Shown: positions 10,098 to 20,475 of the stretch, piece by piece
How the letters are laid out: the number at the start of each line of letters is the position of its first letter
How positions within the stretch are numbered: position 1 is the stretch's first letter
Source: a virus
Lineage: Duplodnaviria > Caudoviricetes
Length of the DNA stretch: 64,000 nt
IMG/VR virus record: IMGVR_UViG_3300009873_000001
Strand: one strand, 5' to 3'
Notes under the pieces: model-generated
The model's database searches: none
Seen by the model: only the letters and a program-made list of their open reading frames with translations
What the model was told of the DNA's origin: nothing
Made by a program: the position numbers and the translations under genes

Positions 10098-10793
10098 CTA
10101 CCAGGCCGTGGCGGGATCGAGTTCCTCTACGACCGTGCAGCGCTTGACTCTGAACTTGCCGCTGCTCCTGGCCGGGATCGCGACCAAGTCGGCGGAGTCG
10201 AACTCGACCGCGAACAGTCGGTAGTCGCTCTTGTGCTCGCTCTTGACCCAATCGAGCGAACCTAGGTTGATCCCCTTGCCGCAGTCGACGCCCGGGTCGG
10301 TGTTGAAGTCCGTGACCTCCATGTCCTTCCCGACCTCGTACTGGAGGCTGGGATAGTGCGGCCCCTTGCCTTCCTTGGTGGTGACCTTGTAGCCACGCAC
10401 GCGCTTGACGCTGGCGATCTTTTGCAGGTCGTCCTTCGTGCGCAGGTCGAGGTCGGCGGTCGAGGGCAGCGACGGACGCGTGATCGTGATTTCCACTTCC
10501 CCGTCGTCGCGCCTGGCGACGTAGATCTTCTTGCCGCAGCGCATGCTCTCGCCAGGCTTGTGCCGGAGTCGGTAAAGGAGCCCGGTCTTGGTGACGTCGG
10601 TGATCCGGTGGTGCCGGCGCGAGGCGCCTGCGTCTAGATCCTCGAAGGCGCGACGAGCCCTGCGCTCGATCTTCTTGCGGGTCGGATCGTCGAGCTGGAT
10701 CGTAGCGGCCATGGCTGCCCCTTTTGCTTGCCGATCGGCGTCGGTCTTCTCGTATTCGCGCTTCCAGAACTTGAATCTGTCGAACACGCTCAC
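10098..10793 (-). CDS. phage hypothetical protein
   Basis: GYKVT...QYEVG...CGKGIN...GKFRV motif common in phage proteins. Confidence 0.75.
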   Translation of the reverse strand: MSVFDRFKFWKREYEKTDADRQAKGAAMAATIQLDDPTRKKIERRARRAFEDLDAGASRRHHRITDVTKTGLLYRLRHKPGESMRCGKKIYVARRDDGEVEITITRPSLPSTADLDLRTKDDLQKIASVKRVRGYKVTTKEGKGPHYPSLQYEVGKDMEVTDFNTDPGVDCGKGINLGSLDWVKSEHKSDYRLFAVEFDSADLVAIPARSSGKFRVKRCTVVEELDPATAW

Positions 10794-10983
10794 GCGCGCG
10801 CCTCAGCAGAGCCTAGTCATACACCGCAAAAACGCGCGACGCAAGATCTCTCACCGGCAGTACAACTCGTCTAGAAATCGCAGGTGCCCGGGACTGCCAG
10901 GCCAGCCCTCAAGCGGACCGGGCGGCTCGCTCGCGCCTTCGGCCTTCTTTGGCTCGTCACTGCCTTCGGGCTCCTCCGGCTCG

Positions 10984-11463
10984 TCATTCATGCGCCCAGC
11001 ACTCCCCACTGTGCCCACGCACCTTCCAGCAGGTCGGACAGTTGCCGGCCTTGGCCCGCTCTGGCATGGGATTGTCCGGCGACGGGTCGCCGCGCTTCCA
11101 TGGATTCTTGCAGCGCACCCCGTTCGCGTCTATGTCCTTGAACATGCGCCGCCAGTCGGTCACGCCCACCGTCGGCTGTATACACGTCGGGATCCTGAAC
11201 GGCTTCCCCTTGGGTATGTTTCGCTGGTAGCGAACCCTCACCGCGCCGTTCTTCCAACGCTTGACCTCCAGCACGCGGATCACCGGATCGTAGAGGTGGT
11301 CCGTGGTCAGCACCACGCGATCCCCTGGTCGCGGATCGATTCGAGGGTCGCGCCCATGGCGAGTCGACCAGGCAACCCACTGAGCCACGACAGCAGGATC
11401 CTCGCTGTTGAGCTTCTGGGAGCCGAGATCACGGACGGCGCGTCTGAATCTGGCGTCGCTCAT
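10984..11463 (-). CDS. module-A-like leader plus RDPRxDPxPGD domain
   Basis: MSDARFRRAVRDLG...RDPRIDPRPGD; paralogue of 34248..34643. Confidence 0.7.
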   Translation of the reverse strand: MSDARFRRAVRDLGSQKLNSEDPAVVAQWVAWSTRHGRDPRIDPRPGDRVVLTTDHLYDPVIRVLEVKRWKNGAVRVRYQRNIPKGKPFRIPTCIQPTVGVTDWRRMFKDIDANGVRCKNPWKRGDPSPDNPMPERAKAGNCPTCWKVRGHSGECWAHE

Positions 11464-11828
11464 CGGGTGTCTATGTTGTGGTCCCAAGGGAGCAATGGCG
11501 GCTCCGGCGTCGGCTTGAGCACTGGCGCCGGCTTGAGCAGCCAGTCCGCCAAGGCCGCCCTAGGAGTTGCTGACAATACGTCGCCGAGTTTGCCTACGAG
11601 TTGCTCGATCCCTCCCTTACCTGCAATGCGCTTCCCGCGCCGCTTGGCTAGAGCCGCGACCTCGTCCCAGCGCAGACTGTACATGTAAATTGACCCGTCA
11701 GGGTAGTTGCCCCACAGATCCACACCAAGTGGGCAGATCTGGGCTGTTCCGAACGGCTCAGCTGACTCCTTGGGCATGTTGACCGGCTGCCGCGGGCGCC
11801 TGGAAGGGCGGTGCTTCTTTTTGCTCAC
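11460..11828 (-). CDS. hypothetical protein
   Basis: Overlapping start/stop junctions on both sides. Confidence 0.65.
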   Translation of the reverse strand: MSKKKHRPSRRPRQPVNMPKESAEPFGTAQICPLGVDLWGNYPDGSIYMYSLRWDEVAALAKRRGKRIAGKGGIEQLVGKLGDVLSATPRAALADWLLKPAPVLKPTPEPPLLPWDHNIDTR

Positions 11829-12415
11829 TGCTGGACCTTGATCACCAGCTCGTAGTCCTCGCCAGCCGTGCCTTCACGGATCTCGGTTATCGTGCCGAGC
11901 CGCTGCGCCTTGCGCTTCAAGCTCTCGGCGTAGACGCCCTGCACGATCTCGTTCAGCTCCTGCGTGCGCTCCTGGTCGGTGTTTTCGAGCTCGTCGGTGA
12001 CTTCCTTCTGGAGCTGGCTCTTGGCCCGGCGGCGCTCCTCGTCGGTGATCTTGATCTGCTCCTGCAGCTCGGACTGTGCCTTCCTGCGCAGTTCGGCCTC
12101 GTTGTTGTGGTCGCGGTCGCCGCGGACCGACTTGGTCTCGGTGCGTTCGAGCGTGTGCTCCAGCTCGATCTCGGCCTCGACGGTCATGTCTTCGAGGTTG
12201 ATCGTCTCCTTCGCGTTTCCGCGCCGCTTCCGCCAGATCTTCTTGTTCTGGTGGTCCTGCCGCCATCCCTTCTTGGTCAGCTCTCCCTCGAGCACCTCGG
12301 TCTGCTCTTCCACGGAGACGATCGGCGTGAGCACGATCTTCTTCGTGGTCTTGTCCTTGGTGCGGATCTGCTCCCTCACGGAAGCCGACACCTTGATCAC
12401 GTAGCTCTGACTCAT
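11825..12415 (-). CDS. FtsH ternary system X5-like coiled-coil protein
   Basis: MSQSYVIKV...AESLKRKAQRLGTITEI resembles the MSRAYRIRV...AEALKRKAAxLG family (from recall). Confidence 0.6.
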   Translation of the reverse strand: MSQSYVIKVSASVREQIRTKDKTTKKIVLTPIVSVEEQTEVLEGELTKKGWRQDHQNKKIWRKRRGNAKETINLEDMTVEAEIELEHTLERTETKSVRGDRDHNNEAELRRKAQSELQEQIKITDEERRRAKSQLQKEVTDELENTDQERTQELNEIVQGVYAESLKRKAQRLGTITEIREGTAGEDYELVIKVQQ

Positions 12416-12624
12416 GGCGCTGGCCTCCTGTTCGTTGTGTAGACGGTCACGTCGTAGTCTACTGCCGTGATCCAGAAGGCGGCGTCGCAGTGAACGCAGA
12501 CCTGCTCGTCTCCTGCGCTCACCGGATCGCCGGTTATGTCGTTTGTTGCCCCGCAAGTTGGGCATTCGATCTCGTAGTCAGGGCCGCTCGTCGTGCCCTG
12601 GTTTGGCTGCGGCACCCGGCTCAT
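12412..12624 (-). CDS. zinc-ribbon protein
   Basis: CPTC...CVHC. Confidence 0.65.
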   Translation of the reverse strand: MSRVPQPNQGTTSGPDYEIECPTCGATNDITGDPVSAGDEQVCVHCDAAFWITAVDYDVTVYTTNRRPAP

Positions 12625-14039
12625 GGGCGAACCGCCTCTCCAGGCCGCGTCTCACGGCACCGGTTGCAGTAGTCGTGCTCGGGTTTGCGGCAATGGTCTG
12701 GAATGACCTGGTGGCCGACGTGCTGACAGATCAGTTTGAGTAGCGGCTCGACCAACAGCGTTTCCATGCGCTCGCACTCCGCGTCGGAGGACGTCTGTTC
12801 CGACCAGTCGCCGTCCTGCAAGAACAGCTGCACCGCGGAAGCAAGCTCGTTCCGGTCAGAGATCTTGAGGGTGTCATGACGACCATCAAGCAGGGCCATG
12901 ACCTCGTCAAAGGCGTCAGCGCGGCCTTCATGCATGGCCGCCGCGTGGGCAGCTGGCGCTCTGAGCAACCAAGCCCACAGCATGGACGAGGCTACATTCG
13001 TGGCGGCATACCGCGCCGAGTCGCGCAGCCTCTCTACCACTTGCCTGAGCGGAAGAGCAGTCACGCCTGATCCTTTGCCCGATCTTCCGCCAGCATTGCT
13101 TGCGCGGCTTCGAGCGCGGCTGGGCTCGTGAGGAGGTCCATGGCCTTGCGGATCTCTTCTTTGCTGGGAGAGAACCCGGCCTCCGTCAGCTCCTGGAAGA
13201 TCTTCCTGCCCTCTTCTCCAAGGCCGAAGCAACCACCCTCCACGAGGCCTAGCTCTTTCATGCGCTCTAGGGTTCCGAGGCAGAACACGACCAGCTTGGC
13301 GAGGTGCGGGTCGTCGACGAGATTGAGCACGCTGTTAGGCATGTTCGCCCCTCTCTGACAAGCACACGGTCACGTCTTCAGCCCCTGGCACGGCGATATC
13401 GACGTGCGCGCAGATGTTCAGGCAGCCGCGCTGCGAGCGAAACTTGCCTTCGAGCAGCTTCAACCTGAGCACGGTCGCACCCTGAGCGTTGTGGATCCAG
13501 AGCGTGTGCCCGCCCTCGTCATATTCGAGCTCGGCGACCGGGATCGAAACCCTGCCCTTCATGTTGCAGCCTTCTTCCTCGCCTTGGGGCAACGCTTCTT
13601 GGAGCGCCGCCGCTCCTCGCTCTTGTGCAACAAGTCCATGAGCTGTTTCACGACCTCTACCACGCGCTCGCGGCGCTTCTTGTCCTGCACGAACACCGGC
13701 GGCCCCGTCACGGTCGCCTCGGTCAGCACGGCCTCGAGTGCGGGCAGGGAGGGCGAATTCTTCTCGCGCAGACAGCGCTCAAGCCACTCCAGCTGCGTGT
13801 CGTACGGCCTGGCTGGGGAAGTGTGTTCGTCAGGCGGTCCCTGTCGCAGCAGGGTAGCGAGCCGTTGTGCCTGATCGCCGCGCTGGATCGAGATCCCGAG
13901 TTGCACGTCACCGTCGAGCGTGTGCTCGTAGATCTTGACGTGCGTGTCGGTCCAGCGCACTTCAAGCACGGCGCCGTCGCCGTTGCTGCCCAGCGAGGTA
14001 GGCGGGATAGAGACGGAGTCGTTCATGCGGGCGCCCTGT

Positions 14040-14927
14040 TCAGCTTGGTCGATCTTCTTCATTCAGGAGCCTTCCCCAAAGAGCCCGCCATGCAACTGCA
14101 GCCACGATCGGTACGACGCCGTTGCCGACGATCCGATATCGGTGAGCCCAATCGGCCAGCCCATGAGCCACTCCATGAAGGCCGGGTTGAGCCGCTGGCC
14201 GGCGTTCTGGAAATCGATCGAGGACGGCTCGCCAGGCGTCGTCGTCGTTGCTTCTGGGCGGAAAGACGGCCTCGGGTCGCGCCACGCCCGCGCCCAGCTC
14301 CAGAGGCTTGGGGTGCCAGCGCTCGGGCGCTCGAACTCCCCGCCCTTCCCGTTGATCCCGTTCTGGCTCGAACCGTAGGCCGAGGCGCTGGGCGTGGGAT
14401 ACATGCCACGCGACCAGGAAGAACCTCTCGCGCTCGTGGTGCGCGTCAGCGACGGCGTGCGCGGAAAAACAGTCCCATTCCGCAATCCACCCGCCTTGGG
14501 CAAGGTCGTCTTTGATCTCTTCGAGCCCTTTGCTGACGATCCCCGGGACGTTTTCGAGGAACAGCCAGGCTGGCTCGCACTCGGCGAGGATTCGCCGGAC
14601 GGCTGGCCACAGCCAGCGCTCGTCACTGGCTCCGCGGCGCTTGCCGGCCACGGATACGGCTGGACAAGGAATGCCCGCCACGACTGAATCCACGCCGCCA
14701 TGCCAGGAGCGTCCGTCGAAGGTCCACAGATCCGACCAAATAGGCGCTGGATCATAGGTTCCTTCTTCCATACGCGTAGCCAGGAGCTCGGCGGCTGCCG
14801 CGTCCCCTTCCACAAGGCATACCGGGCGAGCGCCTGGATTCGCCAGTCGGAATCCGAGATCGAGACCGCCTCCACCGGTGCAGAGGGAGAGGAAGGCTCG
14901 CGGGCTTGGAAGGGGAGGTAGAGCCAC
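14040..14927 (-). CDS. C5 cytosine DNA methyltransferase, catalytic (alpha) chain
   Basis: Motif I SLCTGGGG, IV GIPC, VI ENV, VIII HERERFF, X GNGV; no motif IX. Confidence 0.88.
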   Translation of the reverse strand: MALPPLPSPRAFLSLCTGGGGLDLGFRLANPGARPVCLVEGDAAAAELLATRMEEGTYDPAPIWSDLWTFDGRSWHGGVDSVVAGIPCPAVSVAGKRRGASDERWLWPAVRRILAECEPAWLFLENVPGIVSKGLEEIKDDLAQGGWIAEWDCFSAHAVADAHHERERFFLVAWHVSHAQRLGLRFEPERDQREGRGVRAPERWHPKPLELGAGVARPEAVFPPRSNDDDAWRAVLDRFPERRPAAQPGLHGVAHGLADWAHRYRIVGNGVVPIVAAVAWRALWGRLLNEEDRPS

Positions 14928-14929
14928 AC
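14063..14929 (-). CDS. overlapping-frame methyltransferase beta chain (TRD plus motif IX)
   Basis: Same strand, alternative frame; YPTP and RLNPAFMEWLMGWPIGLTD. Confidence 0.7.
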   Translation of the reverse strand: MWLYLPFQAREPSSPSAPVEAVSISDSDWRIQALARYALWKGTRQPPSSWLRVWKKEPMIQRLFGRICGPSTDAPGMAAWIQSWRAFLVQPYPWPASAAEPVTSAGCGQPSGESSPSASQPGCSSKTSRGSSAKGSKRSKTTLPKAGGLRNGTVFPRTPSLTRTTSARGSSWSRGMYPTPSASAYGSSQNGINGKGGEFERPSAGTPSLWSWARAWRDPRPSFRPEATTTTPGEPSSIDFQNAGQRLNPAFMEWLMGWPIGLTDIGSSATASYRSWLQLHGGLFGEGS

Positions 14930-14935
14930 GCTGTT

Positions 14936-15529
14936 CTATCCTTCGCTCAACGGGGCCGGGTGCTTGCCGTCCCAAGTCTGCTTGCCGTTGGTCCACGTTC
15001 CGCCACAAGGAAGCTGGTTCCTTGTCACCAGATCCATGAGTTCAGGATCGTAGGCCGAGCGGTTGGTGGCGGACGGTACGTGCGCGCCGTCTTCTCGCGC
15101 TGTCCAATCGCAGGACTGAAGCCAGCGCCACTCAGGGCCCAGGCTGTATAGCTTCCGCGCCTTGCCCTCGGCCACGCGCGGGCCACCCTTGATCCGCTGC
15201 ATGCGCGGGTCGACGTCACTGGAGCTGCGTCCGCCGTTGACGAAATAGTGCGTGCCGTCTTCGATCCGCACGAACACCACGCAGTAGTCGATCTCGTCGG
15301 CTGTGATCCGCCGCTCACGTTCTTTCTCTGCGTCCTCGCGCTCCTGACAGGTGCTACACAAGCGAGCGCCTGCGTCCTCAGTCGGTATGTCGCTCAGCTT
15401 GATCGAGTACCCGAACCGGCCCGACTCGTCTTTGATCGGGGCAGCCTTGTCCGGCACTGTGCCGTCGACAGGGAGCGTGAGCCACATGGAGTGGACACCG
15501 CAGCGCGGACAGGTGCTTGTGGTGTTCAT
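14936..15529 (-). CDS. hypothetical protein with CxxC motifs
   Basis: Abuts both neighbours in the - strand block. Confidence 0.65.
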   Translation of the reverse strand: MNTTSTCPRCGVHSMWLTLPVDGTVPDKAAPIKDESGRFGYSIKLSDIPTEDAGARLCSTCQEREDAEKERERRITADEIDYCVVFVRIEDGTHYFVNGGRSSSDVDPRMQRIKGGPRVAEGKARKLYSLGPEWRWLQSCDWTAREDGAHVPSATNRSAYDPELMDLVTRNQLPCGGTWTNGKQTWDGKHPAPLSEG

Positions 15530-17074
15530 TCGTCAGCGCCCTTCGATTCGCCCTCGAGCTGCAGCACGTTGACCGCCACGTCTCCCTCAATCCACACGGC
15601 GTCACTTTCGCAGAGCGGCTTCTTGAAGCCTAGAGCCGGAAGCAGCACAGCCTCTACCAGCGTGTTGTTGGGCAAGGCGCCGGGCTCTCGCGGGTAGACG
15701 CTGAACGACGCGTGCCTGGCCATGCCCTTCGGCTGCTCCTCCAAGCTCAAGACGATCCTCAGACCACCGGGCAGCTCGAGCGTGTGGTTCCGGTCCTCAC
15801 CTATCGGCCCCTCTAGGCCATTCCGCATGCGCTCGAAACGCTCAGCCATGATCGGGTGACCTTCCGCGTGCCACTTGAGGCGATCGAGCGCTTCAAAGTC
15901 GAGACAGATCGCGCGCATATCAGCCACCGGTCGCCTCACTGCCTGACAGCCCGCCGGTCGCGCCCTTGGGCAAGAAGAAGCTCTTCGCGCGGCCGGGGAA
16001 CTCTGGCAGCACGTACTCGAACTCGACCAACTCGCCCTGGTCGACCATGCGCTGGAGCATTTCGAGCACAGACCGACCGTCAGAAGCGGCGTCCAGGCCG
16101 GCGTTGTGCGCTTGAACGACGACCTGCGTGACCAACTCCACGCCCTTGCAGCCTTGCTGGTGCGTCACGATCGCCGCGATCAGCTCGCGCAGCTGCCTGT
16201 CCGTCGCCTCGTTGAGCGAGCGGATCCGTTCCGGTTGCGTCATTGATCGTCACGCGTAGGCTGGACAGCTCGTTCTAGTAGCCCCGCCGCCTCGCGCAGC
16301 GCCGCGAGCGCTCGCTGGGCCACGAACATGCCCCGCTCGGCGAGACACTTGGGCGAGAGGTGCGCGGCGTTGCCGATCGCTATCAGCCAGTACGCGGTCT
16401 CGCAAGAGCGCCCGTCGAAGTAGACGTGCTCCATGGGACCGAGCTCCCACTCGCCGGTGTCGCCCTTGCGAACCTGGAAGCTGTGAACCTTGACGCCGCC
16501 CTGCATGCACCACAGCTCCATGGGTGCGTCGTCGTTGGGCCGCCTCGCAGTCATGGCGCCTCTTCCGAGCAATTCATTTCGCTGACTCCCAGGCGCCGCT
16601 GCTGGCGGATCTCCTCAGCCACGCGCAACGCCGCGCGGACGCTTCCGTAGGGCGCGTCGACTTGGAGAGCGCCGCACGCCGGAAGCCACGGGCACCAGCC
16701 ATCACACTTGGCAGCCTGCGGCTGCGGGTTCGGTATGACCTTGATCACCGGTTCCGGTGAGAAGGCTTCTCCGTCCCAGGCCCAGCCGTGCTTCTTGGCC
16801 CAGCGAATGTCGGCTTCAGTCGGTCCCTGCATAACCAGCCTCCTCTTTGTCTTTGAGTCCGATGCTGCTCAGGAAGCACTGGCGGTGAACGGCCACCCGC
16901 GAGATATCACCGGCCACACGGATCATGGTGTGCCCCACGTCGAGCGTGGTGATTTCCGCCTGGCACACATGGCACAGCTCGCCCACCGGGACCTCCACGG
17001 TGAGCATCCAGCCGAAGTCGGCCCCAAAGCCGCGGATCTCGCCGTCGCGCGGATCGTCCTCTCGGTCATGTTCG

Positions 17075-17227
17075 TCAAGCTTCATGCGCGTCGGCCTTCT
17101 TGAACGCGGGGTATTTAGCCCAAATCCGAGACCAGTTCCGCTTCTTCTTGCGTTTGTGCTTCTTCTTGAAGTGACGCCACTTGCTGGGAGGCACGCGGCG
17201 CTTGCAGCACGGGCAACGATAGATCAC
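17075..17227 (-). CDS. small basic Cys-containing peptide (50 aa)
   Basis: GTGA overlap with the upstream gene; MIYRCPCCKRR...KKKHKRKKKR. Confidence 0.5.
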   Translation of the reverse strand: MIYRCPCCKRRVPPSKWRHFKKKHKRKKKRNWSRIWAKYPAFKKADAHEA

Positions 17228-17770
17228 GGCGCGACCTTCGGTTTGGGACCCAGCACTGCTCGCAGGATCAGCGCGTAACAGCGCCGCCGCGCACAGGCCA
17301 CCGCCGCGCGCCTGGTAGCGTGCCTATGATTGCAAGAACTCAACCTGTAATCCTCGTCGTGATCCTCAGACGCGGAACGCCACACGACACGCCACTCGTA
17401 CACATGCCGGCCCAGGCGGCGGCTCAACGAGCGGTTCTTGTGCGGCTGCCTGGCAATCCGCCGGTGGCAACGCTGGATCTGCTCTGGCGTTGGTTCCACG
17501 AACCTGACATGCCGGTCGGTAACCGAGAATCCGAACTCGCCGATCCTGATCTTGTTCGGGCTCGACTTGCCCTCCTTGAACCAACGCCACCAGCGAGCCT
17601 CAAGAGACTCGCCAGGCTGCCGGTCTTTCTTGCGCGATTCTGCGTCCATGATTCAGTATGTGGAGTGTGTGGCGGCCTGGAAGGAGGCTAGGACTTCGCA
17701 GGCCAATTTAGGTACATGCCGCAGGCTCCTAGCACACCTGCGACGCGAGCCCAGAAAGGGGCTTGGTATC

Positions 17771-18238
17771 TCAGCAGTCAGACACTGGCATGACTCCCTC
17801 GCTAACCGCGCGCCCGAGCATGACCGTGGCCTCGACTAGAGCACGCTTCTTTGGGTCGGTCGGTACGGCGCTGCCCATGGCGATCACCAGCTGGTCGGCG
17901 AACACTCGGCGGCGAAGTCGGTTGACCTTTTCTAGCACGTCCTTCTGACCGTCTGTCAACTTCTCGCTGCTCGCGCAGAGGTACGTCGCGCAGACCGGCC
18001 TGTGCTCAGGCTCGAGCACGCACCCGCGCTCCTTGCTCAAGAACGGGACGCCCAGATACCCAGGCCGCGGCGGCTCAGGCAGCCCGAGCATGGCCATGCC
18101 AGCCGCTGCCACTTCGCAGTGCGCCTCGGAGCAGCAGCGCTGCGGCGCGCGCTCGTTCCCCGGGCACCGCTCGCAGATCGGCTCTGTGAGCTCGACGCAG
18201 CGGCGGAGGGCCTGCCTGGTCTTGGGGAGGATCTTCAC
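17771..18238 (-). CDS. YkgJ-like cysteine-cluster protein
   Basis: CERC...CC...C; CVL...RPVCATYLC. Confidence 0.65.
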   Translation of the reverse strand: MKILPKTRQALRRCVELTEPICERCPGNERAPQRCCSEAHCEVAAAGMAMLGLPEPPRPGYLGVPFLSKERGCVLEPEHRPVCATYLCASSEKLTDGQKDVLEKVNRLRRRVFADQLVIAMGSAVPTDPKKRALVEATVMLGRAVSEGVMPVSDC

Positions 18239-18465
18239 GACGCCCTTGCAAGACGCAGCGCGAAGATCAGGCCCTCAACAAAATTCCCAATGTCTCTCCG
18301 GCTCCCTGTCGCCAGAAACTGCGGTTGAAGTGCGCTGATCAACGCCAAGTGAGGGTCGTCGTTGCTCAACTTGCCAAGCAATGAGACCTGAAGATTGGCA
18401 GCTGGGCAAAGGCTGTTTGCTAACGCGAGCAAGTCGCTGAGCTGGCGCTCATCTGGATACACAGT

Positions 18466-18675
18466 CTACTTGCCCTTGGGCCTCGCCAGGCCCTCCACGA
18501 AGCCGCGCAGGTCGATCGGCGGGCCCTTGGCGTTCTTGCCGCGACAGACCGGGCAGCGCACCTTCTTCATTTCTACGGTCGTGCCGCGCCTGGTCGTCTT
18601 GGTCTTGCTGTTCACGACCTCGCCGCGACCGCCGCAGGTCTCACATGACTTAGGTGTCGGCTGGGGTGCGTTCAT
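18466..18675 (-). CDS. DnaJ-type zinc-finger protein
   Basis: CETCGGRG...CPVCRGK. Confidence 0.65.
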   Translation of the reverse strand: MNAPQPTPKSCETCGGRGEVVNSKTKTTRRGTTVEMKKVRCPVCRGKNAKGPPIDLRGFVEGLARPKGK

Positions 18676-18705
18676 GGACCTTCCTCCGGTGGGCTGCACG
18701 CCCGC

Positions 18706-19206
18706 CTACTTTCCGTCGTCGTAGGGATCGTCAGGGTCGTACTCGATATCGCACGACCCTTGGTGGCCCGGCTTGCGTTCGCAGTAAGTCGGAATGGACC
18801 TGCCAGGAAGCGGCTTTCGACATTGCGTCTGCGGCTCCGGGGAATGGAACGAACACCCGCCGCCACCAGCGTCACGCGGGCGCCCGATATGTCCGGCTTC
18901 CTTCTCGCAACGCGCGCGGCCCTGCACCTTTCCGCAGCGCACGCCCCACCTGAGCGGCTTCCCCACAGGCTCCCCGATCCCTATGAGCCAGTTCTCCAAG
19001 ACCCGGCACCGCTCATTGCGCTCCGCAAGCGAGGCTGGGAGAGGAACCCCGCCTCCGCGCGAGACCCGCTCGTCGGACTCCACCAGCGGGACGCTCGCCA
19101 GCTCGCGCATGGCCTCCAGGGCCCAGCGCTCTGGGCGCGGCACGAGGTCCATGCCGTAGCGCTCGCGCAGCTCGCGGAGCAGCTCTTGCACGCGCGCGTC
19201 AGCCAC
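18706..19206 (-). CDS. module B protein with Cys/His repeats
   Basis: MADARVQELLRELRERYGMDLVPRP...WLIGIG; CEKEAGHIG and CERKPGHQG. Confidence 0.75.
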   Translation of the reverse strand: MADARVQELLRELRERYGMDLVPRPERWALEAMRELASVPLVESDERVSRGGGVPLPASLAERNERCRVLENWLIGIGEPVGKPLRWGVRCGKVQGRARCEKEAGHIGRPRDAGGGGCSFHSPEPQTQCRKPLPGRSIPTYCERKPGHQGSCDIEYDPDDPYDDGK

Positions 19207-19209
19207 CTG

Positions 19210-19638
19210 CTACTCGACGCCCTTTCGCCCAGCCACGCTCTGATCGAGCGCTTTGGCCAGCAGGCGGGCCCTTTCGGCCAGCGTGTGGGCTTGCGCGAGG
19301 TCAGCGTCCTCGAGCAGGTCCCACTGTTCTTCCTTGATCCCGGCGATCTTCTCTACCTGCTTCTTGCGAGCGATCTTCCGCCGATCCTCGTCGGTAGCAG
19401 GGCGGATCGACCACCGCTCGTAGTGACCACCACCGCCGGACTCGTAGGCGTGATCTCCAGCTCGCCAGTAGAACTTCCGAAAGTAAGGGCCAGGCGTCTT
19501 CACTTCGACGTGCCCGGACTTGAGCACGCGCGTAACCTCGCCCAGGCAGTCTGACCGAGCCCAGCCGCCGCGAGAAACTAGCACGGGGTCGCCCGCTTTG
19601 AATGGACACGCGTCCATGTTCTGACCGCGGCGACCCAC
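19210..19638 (-). CDS. phage hypothetical protein
   Basis: FKAGDPVLV... SH3-like start; in gene run. Confidence 0.65.
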   Translation of the reverse strand: MGRRGQNMDACPFKAGDPVLVSRGGWARSDCLGEVTRVLKSGHVEVKTPGPYFRKFYWRAGDHAYESGGGGHYERWSIRPATDEDRRKIARKKQVEKIAGIKEEQWDLLEDADLAQAHTLAERARLLAKALDQSVAGRKGVE

Positions 19639-20027
19639 TAGCTGCTCTTCCTTTCCGCTTCTTCAAGGTCTTTGATCTTGGTCTCGGCCTGCACGATCTG
19701 GCCGCGCAGGGACCTAATCCGCTTCTGCTGTTCTTGGATCTGTCGGTGCAGCTCCGTCTTGCTGTCGAGTCTGATCAGTCCCAGCTTGCCAACGAACTCG
19801 GACAGAAGATCGCGCAGCTCCTGGGCCTGCGACCAGCTGAGATCGAGTACGGACCCCAGGTTGATTGTGGCGATCCCTCCAGCTGACTGCCGCTCCCTGA
19901 CCTCGACCGTGTAGCCGAACCTTCCGCTCCCCACCAAGTACACGCGGTGAGCCTGGACCCAGTTGCCGTCCTCGGCCGGCGCCCGCTTGACGCGCCTCTT
20001 GGCTGGCGCCTTTTTCCGCTTGGCCAT
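19638..20027 (-). CDS. hypothetical protein, first gene of the leftward block
   Basis: Basic N-terminus and C-terminal coiled coil. Confidence 0.7.
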   Translation of the reverse strand: MAKRKKAPAKRRVKRAPAEDGNWVQAHRVYLVGSGRFGYTVEVRERQSAGGIATINLGSVLDLSWSQAQELRDLLSEFVGKLGLIRLDSKTELHRQIQEQQKRIRSLRGQIVQAETKIKDLEEAERKSS

Positions 20028-20060
20028 TGCTCGCGCTGCCTTCTTGCGCTTTTCGCTCGG

Positions 20061-20123
20061 ATAGCTTATACCAACTCCACCGACGCCTCGTCCATGCCAT
20101 TCCGACAAAATGTCGGTGCCAGG
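20061..20123. promoter_or_regulatory. divergent promoter/operator region
   Basis: Minus-strand TTGGTATAAGCTA; inverted repeat CCGACA-AAA-TGTCGG at 20102-20116. Confidence 0.55.
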
Positions 20124-20145
20124 TGCTAGGCTCGAAAACGTGCAA

Positions 20146-20475
20146 ATGGCAGCGACTTGGAAATACAGCAGCTACGCAGCCTTGGAGTCTTGGCGCAAAG
20201 CGCAAAAACTCTCGCTCAAGGCCCTGGGCGAGCTATTGGGCGTTACAGACAGGACTCTGTTGCGCTGGCGTTCTGGAGAGAGCGCTCCGCGCCTGAGCGT
20301 GCAGACAGCGATCAAGCAAATGATCGCCAAGAGCACCGGCCGGGCAGACGACGGGACGTCGTCTATCGTCACGGCCTACTTGTCCACCAACAAGAAGCAG
20401 CTCACTCCCAAGCAGCTCGTCGAGCTCGTGCGCGAAGTCAGAGAAGCCCTGCAGGGCACGGCGGAGGAAGAATGA
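20146..20475 (+). CDS. XRE-type HTH transcription regulator
   Basis: LSLKALGELLGVTDRTLLRWRSG. Confidence 0.8.
   Translation: MAATWKYSSYAALESWRKAQKLSLKALGELLGVTDRTLLRWRSGESAPRLSVQTAIKQMIAKSTGRADDGTSSIVTAYLSTNKKQLTPKQLVELVREVREALQGTAEEE

Noticed and set aside
10588-14515. Long plus-strand ORFs (10588..11688, 13625..14515) and similar antisense ORFs elsewhere
   Set aside because: High-GC shadow frames opposite coupled minus-strand genes, with no recognisable motifs.
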